A DNA stretch of 64,000 nucleotides from an uncultured Clostridia bacterium (GTDB lineage: Bacteria; Bacillota; Clostridia; TANB77; CAG-508), in the NCBI GenBank assembly GCA_944386135.1, contig CALWZW010000005.1, forward strand, positions 11,429 through 75,428, given 5' to 3'. The notes below the pieces were generated by a model. It was given only the letters and a program-made list of their open reading frames with translations, had not been told where the DNA came from and did no database searches. Shown here piece by piece: positions 1-11,900 of this stretch. The position numbers were made by a program, and so were the translations under genes. Numbering within the stretch: position 1 is the first letter of the stretch; every line of letters begins with the position of its first letter.

Positions 1-1
1 A

Positions 2-100
2 GATGGAGAACCAGTATGCAGAAATTGTGGAGAAGTATTAAGTGCAGTTGAGCAAAGAAGAGGAGTTTGTTCAGAATGTGGAGAACGTACAGGAATATAA
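2..100 (+). CDS. 3' end of an upstream paralog of the VirB2-like pilin with C-terminal zinc ribbon (partial)
   Basis: Frame from nt 2 reads DGEPVCRNCGEVLSAVEQRRGVCSECGERTGI*; nt 1-100 match 762-861 with 3 substitutions. Confidence 0.8.
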   Translation, partial: DGEPVCRNCGEVLSAVEQRRGVCSECGERTGI

Positions 101-114
101 AAGGAAGTGTTACA

Positions 115-861
115 ATGAAGAAAATTACTATATATAAAATAATAATATCTATCATAATTGCACTTAGCTTACTAACAGTATCTACATATACATTTGCAGG
201 AATAACTCCAGATCAAATTACAGGTGAAAGTAATGTAGAAGTAGATTTAGATTTTATAGATACATTGACTGATGCAGTAAGAATAATAGGAGTGTTCGTT
301 GCAGTAGGAGCATTGATGGTAATAGGTATAAAATATGTTACAGGAAGCATTGAAGAAAAGGCAAACTACAAAAAAACAATGATACCTTACATAGTAGGAT
401 GTTTTGTATTATTTGGAGCATCAGTACTTGCACCACAAATAAAAGATTTCTTTACTAACGCAGGTTCAGATGCCGAGACTATAGGAAATAGCATAATAGG
501 ATTAATACAAGCGATAGGAACACTAGTAACAGTAGGCGTTCTTATGATACTTGGTATAAAATACATGATGGGAAGCACTGAAGAAAGAGCATCATATAAG
601 AAAACAATGTTACCTTATGTAATAGGAGTTATATTAATATTCGCAGCAGTAAATTTAACAGCAATACTATATAATATGGCCCCACAAAGTAGTAATACAA
701 CTAATCAGGTAAATCAAGGTGGAAATACAACAAGTACTTCAGGAAGATATGAAAGAAATGAAGATGGAGAACCAATATGCAGAAATTGTGGAGACGTATT
801 AAGTGCAGTTGAGCAAAGAAGAGGAGTTTGTTCAGAATGTGGAGAACGCACAGGAATATAA
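115..861 (+). CDS. Tandem TrbC/VirB2-like pilin (two pilin repeats) with C-terminal CxxC...CxxC zinc ribbon
   Basis: Signal peptide, then two copies of the IGIKYxxGSxEEKAxYKKTMxPY hairpin motif; ATG at 115 follows AAGGAAG. Confidence 0.75.
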   Translation: MKKITIYKIIISIIIALSLLTVSTYTFAGITPDQITGESNVEVDLDFIDTLTDAVRIIGVFVAVGALMVIGIKYVTGSIEEKANYKKTMIPYIVGCFVLFGASVLAPQIKDFFTNAGSDAETIGNSIIGLIQAIGTLVTVGVLMILGIKYMMGSTEERASYKKTMLPYVIGVILIFAAVNLTAILYNMAPQSSNTTNQVNQGGNTTSTSGRYERNEDGEPICRNCGDVLSAVEQRRGVCSECGERTGI

Positions 862-941
862 TAAAATAAGTCATTAATGTTTTCTCAAGAAATTGGGATA
901 AAGTTTAAATATATTAAGAAAATAAAAAAGGAGGGAATCCG

Positions 942-1295
942 ATGAAAAAATTACTAAAAATATTACCTGTACTTATGGTAGTTGCAATGATACTTTTAGT
1001 TGCAAGTCCAGTATTTGCAACAACAATTGGAGGAGTATCAATAGATCCTAGTACAAACTCAGCAAACTCAGTTTCAGGAATTGGTAATAATATCTTAGGT
1101 ATTATTCAAGTTGTTGGTACAGTTGTTGCAGTAGGTGTACTTATGGTATTAGGTATAAAATACATGATGGGTAGTGCAGAGGAAAAAGCAGAATACAAAA
1201 AGACAATGATACCTTATCTAATTGGTGCAATTTTACTATTCGCAGCAGTTAACTTAGCAAGCTGGATAGTAGGAATAGCAAACTCAATTGCATAA
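942..1295 (+). CDS. TrbC/VirB2-like pilin
   Basis: Signal peptide ending VFA, two hydrophobic helices around GIKYMMGSAEEKAEYKK; RBS GGAGGG. Confidence 0.8.
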   Translation: MKKLLKILPVLMVVAMILLVASPVFATTIGGVSIDPSTNSANSVSGIGNNILGIIQVVGTVVAVGVLMVLGIKYMMGSAEEKAEYKKTMIPYLIGAILLFAAVNLASWIVGIANSIA

Positions 1296-1306
1296 CATAT
1301 GCATAA

Positions 1307-1347
1307 ATAAAAAAGTGTTAGTCAATATTGGCTAACACTTTTTTATT
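1307..1347 (+). terminator. Intrinsic terminator after pilin gene
   Basis: AAAAAAGTGTTAG...CTAACACTTTTTT inverted repeat with T tract. Confidence 0.75.
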
Positions 1348-1514
1348 GTATAGGAAAAATGATTATATTACAAAAATATAACAAAAAGATTACAAAAATG
1401 TATTTTTTTTGCCAAAACTCTATGATTTTTTACAATATTCTGCTATAATATAATTCAAGTGAAAATGGAATAATAATGTCTTTAAATAAACATAAGAGAA
1501 AGGAGCTAACTAAA

Positions 1515-1865
1515 ATGCCATATCAGATACCAAGAAATGTTAAGGGAGAAGGAAGAATACTATTTATATTTTCAACAAAAGCATTAATCTATACCGGTAT
1601 TGGAGGAGGAATAGGATTAGTATTCTGGTGGATATTAGATATGATAGGAGCAGGAACAGTTGGAATTGTATTAATAATATTATTTGCGTTAATAGGATTT
1701 GGACTTGGAACACTTAAAGTGCCAAACTCAGTAGCTTTTGAAATAACAAGAAAAACAGGTGGAGAAAACTTAGATGATGTAATAATGAGATGGCTAAAGT
1801 TTAAGATGACAAATAAGAAAAAAATATATGTATATACTGAGGGAGGAACAAAAGATGACAGATAA
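1515..1865 (+). CDS. PrgI/VirB3-like membrane protein
   Basis: MPYQIPRNVKGEGRIL start, two TM helices, directly upstream of VirB4-like genes; RBS AAGGAG. Confidence 0.7.
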   Translation: MPYQIPRNVKGEGRILFIFSTKALIYTGIGGGIGLVFWWILDMIGAGTVGIVLIILFALIGFGLGTLKVPNSVAFEITRKTGGENLDDVIMRWLKFKMTNKKKIYVYTEGGTKDDR

Positions 1866-3111
1866 TCAAATAACTCAAATATTAACTTATGCTTTAATTT
1901 TTATGATATTTATATTAATCGTACTAGTAGTAGCATTTATAATTGTAAAAATAAAAGATAATAAAAGAAAAAAAGATGAACAAGAAAATTTAGCAGATGA
2001 TGAAAATTCATCAGGTGGAAGTAATACGGCAACTAGAGGATACAATAAACAATCAATAATGAAGTTTATGGAATTTGACAAAGTAGAAGACAACATGATA
2101 GTACAAAAAAATGGAAATAGATATCTTATGGTAATAGAATGTCAAGGCGTAAACTATGACTTAATGTCAGAAATGGAACAGACAGGAGTAGAAGAGGGAT
2201 TTATACAATTCTTAAATTCACTTAGATATCCAATTCAAATATATGTACAAACAAGAACAGTTAACCTAGAAAACAGTATATCAAATTATAATAAAAGAGT
2301 TAATGAAGTTGAAAGTACATTAAGAAGAAGAGAAGCAGAATATGAATCAAATAGACAATCAGGATTGTTTTCAAAAGATGAATTGAAAGCTCAATTCTAT
2401 GAACTAACAAAAATAAGAAACCTTTATGAATACGGAAAAGATATAATATATAATACACAACAAATGAGTTTAAACAAGAATGTACTTAACAAACAATACT
2501 ACATAATAACATCATATTATCCATCAGAACTAGGAAATACAAACTTTGATAAAGAAGAATTAAAAAACATTGCCTTTTCGGAATTGTATACAAGATGTCA
2601 ATCTATTATTGGAGCTCTCTCTGCAACAGGTGTTACAGGAAAAATCTTAGATTCAAATGGACTAGTAGAATTACTATATATGGCATATAACAGAGATGAA
2701 GCAGAAGTATTTGGACTTGATAAAGCATTAGCTGCTGGATATGACGAACTATATTCAACAGCACCAGAGGTTATAGACAAGAAAATCGCAGCGTTAGATA
2801 GAGAAATAGAATCAAAAGCTGTTTCAAAAGCAGAAGATGTGGTAGAAAAAGTAAGAACGTTAAGAGAGAGAAGGCTAGAAGAAAGAAGACTAAAAATGGA
2901 TGACATTGTAGATGAAATGGCTAAGATGATAATTCAAGAAAATGAAGCATACCTAGGCAAAGAGATAGCACAAGAATCTATAGAAGAGCTTACTGGCATC
3001 AGAGAAAAGAGAAAAGAAGAGAGAGAAAAAGCAGAAGAAAAAGAGGAGGCAAAGTCAAATGAGAAAAAAGAAATTAAAAAACCTAGAAGAAGAACAACAA
3101 AGACAGCTTAG
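1855..3111 (+). CDS. Membrane-anchored T4SS-associated protein (VirB4 N-terminal-like)
   Basis: N-terminal TM; GVNYDLMS...FLNSLRYPIQIYVQTR segment resembles proteins encoded before VirB4 in Gram-positive T4SS; charged tail. Confidence 0.6.
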   Translation: MTDNQITQILTYALIFMIFILIVLVVAFIIVKIKDNKRKKDEQENLADDENSSGGSNTATRGYNKQSIMKFMEFDKVEDNMIVQKNGNRYLMVIECQGVNYDLMSEMEQTGVEEGFIQFLNSLRYPIQIYVQTRTVNLENSISNYNKRVNEVESTLRRREAEYESNRQSGLFSKDELKAQFYELTKIRNLYEYGKDIIYNTQQMSLNKNVLNKQYYIITSYYPSELGNTNFDKEELKNIAFSELYTRCQSIIGALSATGVTGKILDSNGLVELLYMAYNRDEAEVFGLDKALAAGYDELYSTAPEVIDKKIAALDREIESKAVSKAEDVVEKVRTLRERRLEERRLKMDDIVDEMAKMIIQENEAYLGKEIAQESIEELTGIREKRKEEREKAEEKEEAKSNEKKEIKKPRRRTTKTA

Positions 3112-5020
3112 AGATAGAGAAGAAGAAAAGATAGAAATATTACAAAGAAAAACTGTCAAAGATTTAATAGCCCCAGCTGGAATTGATGCATCAAATATAG
3201 ATCACATGGAAATTATTTCAAATGCAAAAAGATATGCAAGAAGTTTCTTTGTTTCAACACTTCCTAGAATGTGCTCTTTCCCAGATATATTTAGAGATAT
3301 GTACTTATTTGGAGATATAAATACATCAATATATATAAACCCAATACCAGAAGCAAGATCTCAAAATGAGTTAAATAGAGTAATAAATGAACTAGAAACA
3401 GAAAGAATAGTTGCAGCAGATAGAGGAAATATCAACAGGGAGAGCTCTTTAACACAAAAAAGACTAGAAGCAGAGCAACTTAGAGATGAAATAGCAGCAG
3501 GATACAATAAATTGTTTGAATCAACAGTAGTATCAACATTATTTGCATATAGTTTAGAAGAACTTGATAAATTTACAAAATTATTATCAACAGAAATGTC
3601 AAAAACATTAGTCGGAATAAAATCAGCATGGGCGATGCAAGAAGAAGGTTTTCAATCAAATCTTCCACTAATGCAAAATAAAATAAGCAAATCACATACA
3701 TTTGATAGACGTTCAATGGGAACAGTATTCCCATTTACGACATCAGAAGTAGGACACCCAACGGGAATACCACTTGGATTTAATAAACAAACAGGAGTAC
3801 CTATACTTTTTGATAATTTCCACTCATCACTTACAAACTATAATATGGTTATATTCGCTAAATCTGGAGCAGGAAAATCAGTTACAATGAAAACATTAAT
3901 ATCGAGATCATCAGTATTAATGGGAATAGAAAGTTTAGCACTTGATGCAGAGGGTGAATACTCAATAGTTGCTGAAAGTTTAGGAGGAATAAACGTAGTA
4001 CTTAGCCCTAACTCAAAAACAGTAATAAACTTATTCGATATAGAGCTTGAAACCGTTAAAGATGAAATAACAGGAAAAGATAGAATAGTACTTAATGTAG
4101 AAAACAAAGTAGAAGACGTAACACAAGCTTTACTTACAATGGCAAGAGGTAGTACAAGAAGTACAGATGTTAATGAGCTTACAAAACAGATAATAGCAGA
4201 AAGTGTTGCAGAAGAATATCAAGCAATTGGAATAACAAATGATCCATCAAGTTTATATGAAAATAGTATGGACAAAAGAAATATACTTGCAAAAGATAAA
4301 AAACAAATGCCAACAATAGGAAGCTGGTATAAAAGAATACAAAAGAAAGCACAAGATAACAAAATAGCAGATTATCAATTCCATTATAGTTATCTTTTAA
4401 AAGTTATGAAACAATACATAAGAGAATATGATGGGCAGATGGCATATTTTGATGGACAATCTACATTTGAATTATTAGACGGAGCACCTTTTATAAACTT
4501 AGACATATCACAACTTGAGGAAAGATTTGCAAGACCACTCGCACAGCAAATACTTCTATCATGGATATGGGAAAAATATGTTAAAAAGAACAGTGAAGAT
4601 AGAACAAAGGCATCACGTAAAAGGGTTATCGTAGACGAGGCATGGATGCTTTTACCATACCCAGAAGCAGTAGATTTCTTAAACACAATGGCAAGACGTG
4701 CAAGAAAGAGAAATGTATCACTTGCAATCATTTCACAGAGATTTCAAGACTTTTATGAAAAACCAGAAGCACAAGCAGTACTTACATCATCGGACACAAA
4801 ACTATTTTTAGCACAGGATAAATCAGAGATACAATATTTAAAAGAAGTATTCAAACTTTCAGAAGGAGAAGCAAACTTCTTAGTAACATGTACAAAAGGA
4901 GAAGGGTTATTAAAAGTAGGACCAGATACAGCTATTTTACAAATAACTCCAACTGCAAAAGAATTCGAGTTTGTAGAAACAAACTTAAATGTACTAGTAA
5001 GAAAAAGAAGAAATGGATAA
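3059..5020 (+). CDS. virB4: VirB4-like T4SS ATPase
   Basis: Walker A AKSGAGKS, LDAEGEY, Walker B IVDEAW, RRARKR...ISQ motifs. Confidence 0.9.
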   Translation: MRKKKLKNLEEEQQRQLRDREEEKIEILQRKTVKDLIAPAGIDASNIDHMEIISNAKRYARSFFVSTLPRMCSFPDIFRDMYLFGDINTSIYINPIPEARSQNELNRVINELETERIVAADRGNINRESSLTQKRLEAEQLRDEIAAGYNKLFESTVVSTLFAYSLEELDKFTKLLSTEMSKTLVGIKSAWAMQEEGFQSNLPLMQNKISKSHTFDRRSMGTVFPFTTSEVGHPTGIPLGFNKQTGVPILFDNFHSSLTNYNMVIFAKSGAGKSVTMKTLISRSSVLMGIESLALDAEGEYSIVAESLGGINVVLSPNSKTVINLFDIELETVKDEITGKDRIVLNVENKVEDVTQALLTMARGSTRSTDVNELTKQIIAESVAEEYQAIGITNDPSSLYENSMDKRNILAKDKKQMPTIGSWYKRIQKKAQDNKIADYQFHYSYLLKVMKQYIREYDGQMAYFDGQSTFELLDGAPFINLDISQLEERFARPLAQQILLSWIWEKYVKKNSEDRTKASRKRVIVDEAWMLLPYPEAVDFLNTMARRARKRNVSLAIISQRFQDFYEKPEAQAVLTSSDTKLFLAQDKSEIQYLKEVFKLSEGEANFLVTCTKGEGLLKVGPDTAILQITPTAKEFEFVETNLNVLVRKRRNG

Positions 5021-5086
5021 AGTAAAAAAATAAAAGAGATTATAACTCGGGAAAATCTCGAGATTATAAGGAGGAAGTTACATACA

Positions 5087-7955
5087 ATGAAGATTTTTAC
5101 AAACAAGAACTTAATACAGAAAATAATCATTGCACTTGTCTTAGTAATGTCTTTAAACTTTTGCTTTGCACCTAGTGTACATGCGACATTTGGTGGAAAA
5201 CTAATGGGATATGTAAGAGATTTTGCAACAGCATTAGCAGATGTAGCAATATCTGTCGTTCAATTAGGCTTGACAGGACAATGGACTTATGCAGTTGATG
5301 AAAAAGATACAGCAGTAACAGATGATAGTGTAGAATATTGGATAAAAGATAATAAATTTAGATATCCAATAATTCAAATAAGTCCAGAGTTGATATTTGC
5401 TGGTGAAATAGAAATATTAGATATTGACTTTATAGGCAATCAGCAAGAAAAAGAATATGCACTATCTACAGATGGAAGTGCAATATCTGAATTAAGAACG
5501 ATTATAGCAAGCTGGTATGTTACACTAAGAACAATTGCTGTAGTTGGACTTCTTTCTGTTTTAATATATATTGGTATAAAAATTATAATATCAAGTACAT
5601 CACAAGATAGAGCAAAATATAAACAAAGATTGGTAGATTGGATAGTAGCATTTTGTTTACTATTTTTTATGCATTATATCATGGCTGTAGCAGTAAATGT
5701 AATTGAAAAAGTAAATGATATGTTGGATGGCGCAAGTAATATACAAAGCGGAATACCTATACCAGATGAATATGGTAAAGTGCAATATAATCCAACAACA
5801 GTAATAGACAGTTCTACTGGAGAGTCAATGGATGAAAGCCAAGCAGGAACAGAATTAAGAGAATTCCAAAGTGATCTTGTTCAACAAATTATTGAAGGAC
5901 GAGGAAAAGTAAATTACTTAGGAAGTACAATTGATTTAAAAACAGCCGTAGATAATGGATATATGATATACCCACAAGTAACATCAGCAGGAGACAGTTA
6001 TACATATAAATATGAACCAAATGCAGACATGGTTGCAAGTGGAGCAATGGCATCGGGCGGAATAGAAGTAACTTTTGAAACCATAACATTAAATGGAACA
6101 GTATATATGATTGGAGGATCGGCAACAAGTAGTGATTCAGCAAATTATGATGTTTCAGGAATTAACGAATATTTAGATACAATTCCTCCATATGTATCGG
6201 AAGATATAGGAATAGATATAGAAAGACCAGATGTAGGTACTTCTGAAAGTGGAAGCTTGGAAGGAGCTTCAATAGTTACAAGTGCAAGTGGAAATAGAGT
6301 TGCTGTATCATCATCAGCTATAACAGATGGATCTGAAATACTATATTATATAAACTATGTAAGATTATTTTTAAATGTTGTAGATAAAGATGAATATATT
6401 CCAATGTCAGTTGGATATCTATTAATCTATATTGTTCTAGTTGTAATTACAATAATGTTTGCTGTTAGATATATGAAGAGGGTAATATACGTAGCATTTT
6501 TAACACTTATGGCACCATTAGTTGCATTAACATATCCAATAGATAAAATAAAAGACCGGAAAAGCACAAGCATTCAATATGTGGTTTAGAGAATATATAT
6601 TTAACATTCTTTTACAGCCATTTCATTATTTGTTATATACAGTATTAGTTGGAGCAGCAATAAATTTAGTATCATCAAGTATGATATATGCAGTAATTGC
6701 AATAGGATTTATGATACCAGCTGAAAAACTATTACGTAAATTCTTCGGATTTGACAATGCAGGAACATTAAGTGCAGCAGGAAGCTTCGCAGGAGGAGCA
6801 GTATTTTCTGCTATGATAAATAGATTAAATAGACCAAAGCCAGGAAAAGGAGGTCCTGGAGGAGGAAGTGACAAAGCAACTCAAAGACCTATAAGAAAAG
6901 CTAATTCAGGAGGTGGAGGTGTAGATCCAGAAGCTACATTGACAGGAAGTAGTGGAAGTCCAACTCCAACACCAGGAGGTGGAGGAAGACCAATACCAAC
7001 GCCGGGAGGTGGAGGAGGTCCAGCACCAACACCAGGAGGTGGAGGAAGTCCAACTCCAACACCAGGAGGTGGCCCAGTACCAACGCCGGGAGGTGGAGGA
7101 GGTCCAGTACCAACACCAGGAGGCGGTTCAGGACCAATACCAACACCGGGAGGTGTAAATCCAAGTTCAAGCAATTTCTTAGACAGAAGTTCACATAGAA
7201 TAAGAGTGTGGGATAGATTAAGTGCTGGTGGAGCTAGAGATGCAGCAAGAGCACTTGGATATAGATATAAAGAAAAAGCAATAAATGGAGCTAAATCACT
7301 TCCTGGAACATTTAGAAGAGCAGCAATAGGTGGACTAACAGGAGGAGCATTAGGACTTATTGGCGCAGGTTATGGTATAGCAACAGGAGATCCAAGCAAG
7401 GCATTCCAATACGCGGCAGCAGCAGGAGCAGCTGGATATTATGGATCAAACTATTATGGAGACAAACTTGCAAAAGAAGGAAAAGAAGCTTCAAAAACAG
7501 CAAGTGCAGCATTTTGGGGAGACCAAGCTAAGCTAAGACAACAATACTTATTTGATAAAGAATTTAAAGAAAGCTCTGAAAATATAGATACATTAACAAA
7601 AACTTTAGGGTCAAGAGATCAAGCTAAAGAGGCAATGAAAGATGGTAGTGTACAAGCACTATTAAATAACGGAATTACAGACCCAAGTAAAGTAGCTAAA
7701 GCTTTAAAACTTAGAAATAAATATAAATCAAAAGGAATGTCTGATGATGCAGCCCTTCAACGTGCAGTTGCAATGGCAAAATGGAATAGAGATTCTGGAA
7801 AAGGAATATATGAAATTAACTCACGTGCAAGAGATTCGTTTATAAAACAGACAATGGAACAAATAAGAGAAAGTGACCCTGATAATTACAACGAAGCAGA
7901 GGCTAAGAGCAGAGTTCAACAAATACTTGATGATATGGAATCATTTGAGTTATAA
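5087..7955 (+). CDS. VirB6/TrbL-like polytopic membrane protein; two ORFs joined by +1 shift at in-frame CGG (6557)
   Basis: GAC CGG AAA; skipping C6557 gives YPIDKIKD-G-KAQAFNMWFREYIFN, continuous with ORF 6579..7955; multiple TM helices. Confidence 0.75.
6955..7155 (+). repeat. Coding tandem repeat (xPxPTPGGGG), about 7 units of 24-30 bp
   Basis: Repeated CCAACACCAGGAGGTGGAGGA-type units. Confidence 0.9.
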
Positions 7956-7982
7956 TAATTAAATAAAATTAAGGAGGCTATT

Positions 7983-8936
7983 ATGCATAGATTTTTAAGG
8001 TGGTATAATCAAAATAGAGAGATATTTTTCATAGGTCTTGCAATGATAGTCTTCATTTTTATAATAATACAAGTTTTAAATGCAATAGTAGGAAGACCAA
8101 ACGAAGAAACAGGTTATAATACAGAAGGAAATAGTAGTACTAATAGTACTACTATTTCTGAACCAAGTACAAGTGTTATAACAGGAGAAACAATGTCTGA
8201 AGAAGAAACTACATCAATTACAAATACAATAAAACAATTTGTAGAGTATTGTAATAATGGAGAAATAGAAAATGCATACAATATGTTAACAGATGAATGC
8301 AAAACTTTAATTTATCCAACAATTGAAAGCTTTACGCAAAATTATTATCAAAGAATATTTTATATAAATAGAATGTATAGTTTAGAAAATTGGTATGATG
8401 ATGGAAGTTTGTATACTTATTATATTAAATACACAGAAGATGTGCTTGCATCAGGAAATTTAAACTCAGAAGATAATAAAGGAGACTATATAACAGTAGT
8501 AGAAACAGAAAACGGCTATAGATTAAATATAAGTAGTTACGTTGGAAGAGAAATGATGAATGATAAAGTAAATAGCGATAATATAGTAATAACAGTCAAT
8601 TGGTTAGACATGTATATGGATTATACTATAGCTAATTTAAGTGTAACCAATAATAGAGAATCTGATATATCGTTAGATACAAAAGATGGTAATTATACAA
8701 TGTATATGTATGATACAAATAATGTAAAATATAACTCTTTTCTACATGAGAATTCGGAAGAACAACTTAGAGTAAGGAATGGATTAACAAATACAATAAA
8801 TATAAAGTTTAATAAAATGTATAATCCAGAAAGAGAACTAAGAGGAGTCATTTTTTCAAATGTAGTGTTAAATTATGAGGATTATATCTCTGGAACAAGT
8901 GAAAAAAATAGTATAACAATTAAACTCGAATTTTAG
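7983..8936 (+). CDS. Membrane-anchored hypothetical protein of the T4SS cluster
   Basis: Single N-terminal TM; NTF2-like helix IKQFVEYCNNGEIENAYNMLT; RBS AAGGAGG. Confidence 0.7.
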   Translation: MHRFLRWYNQNREIFFIGLAMIVFIFIIIQVLNAIVGRPNEETGYNTEGNSSTNSTTISEPSTSVITGETMSEEETTSITNTIKQFVEYCNNGEIENAYNMLTDECKTLIYPTIESFTQNYYQRIFYINRMYSLENWYDDGSLYTYYIKYTEDVLASGNLNSEDNKGDYITVVETENGYRLNISSYVGREMMNDKVNSDNIVITVNWLDMYMDYTIANLSVTNNRESDISLDTKDGNYTMYMYDTNNVKYNSFLHENSEEQLRVRNGLTNTINIKFNKMYNPERELRGVIFSNVVLNYEDYISGTSEKNSITIKLEF

Positions 8937-8951
8937 AATAGGAGAAACAAT

Positions 8952-11900
8952 ATGGATCCAGAAAATAATGAACAAAAAAGGCAAGAACAAAAACAAGATG
9001 AACAAGAACTTGGCGGCTTAAAAAAAGGTATGAAAAATGTAGCTAAGAATGCTAAAAATAAATTTTCTATGATTTTTAGAAGAATTTTAGCTGCACTTAT
9101 TACGCCATTAGTAATAAAAATAGTGTTAGTTGTTGCATTTATAGGAGTTATTGTTGCTGCATTTACATCTTTACTTGACTTTTTTGGTTCAAGTTCAATT
9201 GCAAATGTAGCTTCTATGAATATATTGCAGAATGAAGTAAGTATAACAGCAGGAAATAATGATGAAGGATATTATTTTAAGATAAATCAAGATATTGTTG
9301 ATAAATATACAGAAGAATTATTTAATGCCGATCAGGATGGATATTATGATAATGTAGAAATACCTGACGGAGATGAAGAAGAAACAAATAATATAAGTGA
9401 AGAAGAGAACACAACCGACAGAGAAGAATATGATGAAGATGCTAAAGAGGCAACAAGAGAAAGCATAAAAGAGTGGTTCGAAGTTGAAGATTTTGATGAA
9501 TATTTAGTAAGAATGCTAAGTGCAGAAATCGCAAGTTCATACCCAAAACTCGGAGACTATACAGGAGACGAAGAAGATAGTCAAGGAAACAAAAAGGATG
9601 CCAATGGAGATTATGTAGTACAAGGGGTAGTAAAAATTCATAGACAGATGATGAATCAAGATGGAACAGTAGGCGAAGAATTTGAAATGACATATCTTCC
9701 ACATGAACAGTTAACAGCTTTGATAACTGCAAATGATAGAAGTGCATTAAACTATTTCTCATTTGATGAAAATACAGGACTTGTATATTATGCTACATAT
9801 AAAGAAATAATTGTTTATGTAAATGGAATAGAAGTATCAAGGATATTAACTCTTCAAGAAAATAATGTGTCATATACAAACCTTACAGAGATGTGTAGTA
9901 TGCCATATAATTTCCTATTTGCTTTACTGCAAACATCAGAAAATCCAGACTACGTAATGGCTGTAATAGACATGTTGATGGAAGAAACAGATATAGTTTT
10001 AATGATACAAGACCAATTAAATACTACAATATTAACTGAAAGATATTTCCAAGTAGAAAAAACAACATCGCAAACGCTTACAGCCGATAGTTATACAACA
10101 GGAAGCGGAAATGAGATAGAAACACATTATTATTGGACATATGGAGGAATCGAAGAAAGTTATTCATTCCCAGCAGGTGCTGAGACCAGAGTTGAGACAT
10201 TTACATATACAAATACGTCAAATGTATATATAAAAAAGGCATATACATGGTGCTTAGACTTTGAGCAAGGAGCAACATTAAATTCAGTAATAACACCGGG
10301 AATAGAACAATTAGAAGACCATTCAGAAGGTGAAATGGCTGGAATGGACTATAACACAATGACATCATCAAATAGGGGAGGAATACCATCACCAAGTGAA
10401 GGAGCATCATATACGATAATCGAAACCTTCTTATCAGATGGAAACTTGCTATACTCAACCAAACTAGATACAGAAGATTATACATGGAATGTAAGCATAT
10501 CAACAGAGAAAAAAATAAATTATGAAAGATTTTTAGGACGTTGGAAAAATGACACTGGAGAATATTATATAGGAACACAATACAAAGAAGACGGAATAGA
10601 AGTTGAATATTTAATACCAGAAGAAGAAACAGCAAAAGAAGCAGTAGTAAATAATATAGCAGATCCAACAGGACAAAATATTGACGATTTAGTTGACCTG
10701 TTATCAATGTATGAAAATACGCAGAACCATGAACAGATATTGAAATATTATTGGAATGTATATTATGGAGAGGATATATATGACGTAAACATAGATGAAC
10801 TGCTGGACTTATTTGATACAGAAACATTTACATCATTATCAGATAACAGCTCACTATATGGAAGTTCAGTAGAGGAAAAACTATGGTATGCATTAATAGA
10901 TGCAGGATATAGTGAATATGCAGCAGCAGGAGCAATGGGAAATATATGGAGAGAAAGTGGATTTATAACAAACAATGTACAAAATTCATATGAAAATAGC
11001 CTAGGAATGGGAGATGCAGAATATACAGCAGCAGTAGATGACGGAACATATACAGAATTTGCAACAGATAGTGTAGGGTATGGACTATGTCAATGGACAA
11101 CAAGCAATAGAAAAGAAGGATTATTAAAATATGTACAAAGCAAAGGAACAAGTATAAGCAATGGAAATGCACAAATAGAATATTTATTAGGAGAACTTGA
11201 CTCTAGCAAATCAAGTGCAGCATCAGCATATGCAACATATCAACTTTCGCCAAGGAATGGATATACAGCAGATGACTGGATAAATGCAGAAAGTGTAGAA
11301 GATGCAACAAGGGCATTTTGTTGGTTATTTGAAAGACCAGCAGAAGGAGATAGTGCGGCTATAGATGAAAGAATCACTAAAGCACAAGAGATTTATGAAA
11401 AATATCATGGAAAGACAAGACCAGATTATACAGGAGTAGACTCATATTCAGACGGAAGACACACATATCCACATTATTTACAGAATAATTACTCAGGCTC
11501 ATATGGAAGTTCGACAATAGCAAAATCAGGATGTGGACCAACATCATTAGCAATGGTACTTGCAGGATATTTAGATGATCCATCAATAACACCAACAACA
11601 GTAGTAGAGAACATAAAAGCATATTGGCCAGACGGATCATATTATCAAGCAGGAACAGGTTCAATGGATGTAATATATAGTAGTGGATTCTTGCAAAGAT
11701 ACTATGGAGTAACATCAGTGATGTATCCATCAGAAAGTGAAGCATTAGCAGCATTAGACCAAGGATATCCAGTAATAGGAAGAGAAGAAGGGCATATATT
11801 AGCAATAGTACCGGTATCAGAAGAGTTAAAAGCACAAGGATATAAATTCTATATCCTAGATTCAGCAAGAGGACACGATGGACCATATAAATCGGTTGCA

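Noticed and set aside
67-114. ORF-track start of the first pilin at 67
   Set aside because: It overlaps the 3' end of the upstream paralog; ATG 115 has an RBS and begins a signal peptide.
6881-7194. Alternative-frame and antisense ORFs over the PTPGGGG repeat, or a CRISPR array
   Set aside because: By-products of a coding tandem repeat; no unique spacers and no cas genes.
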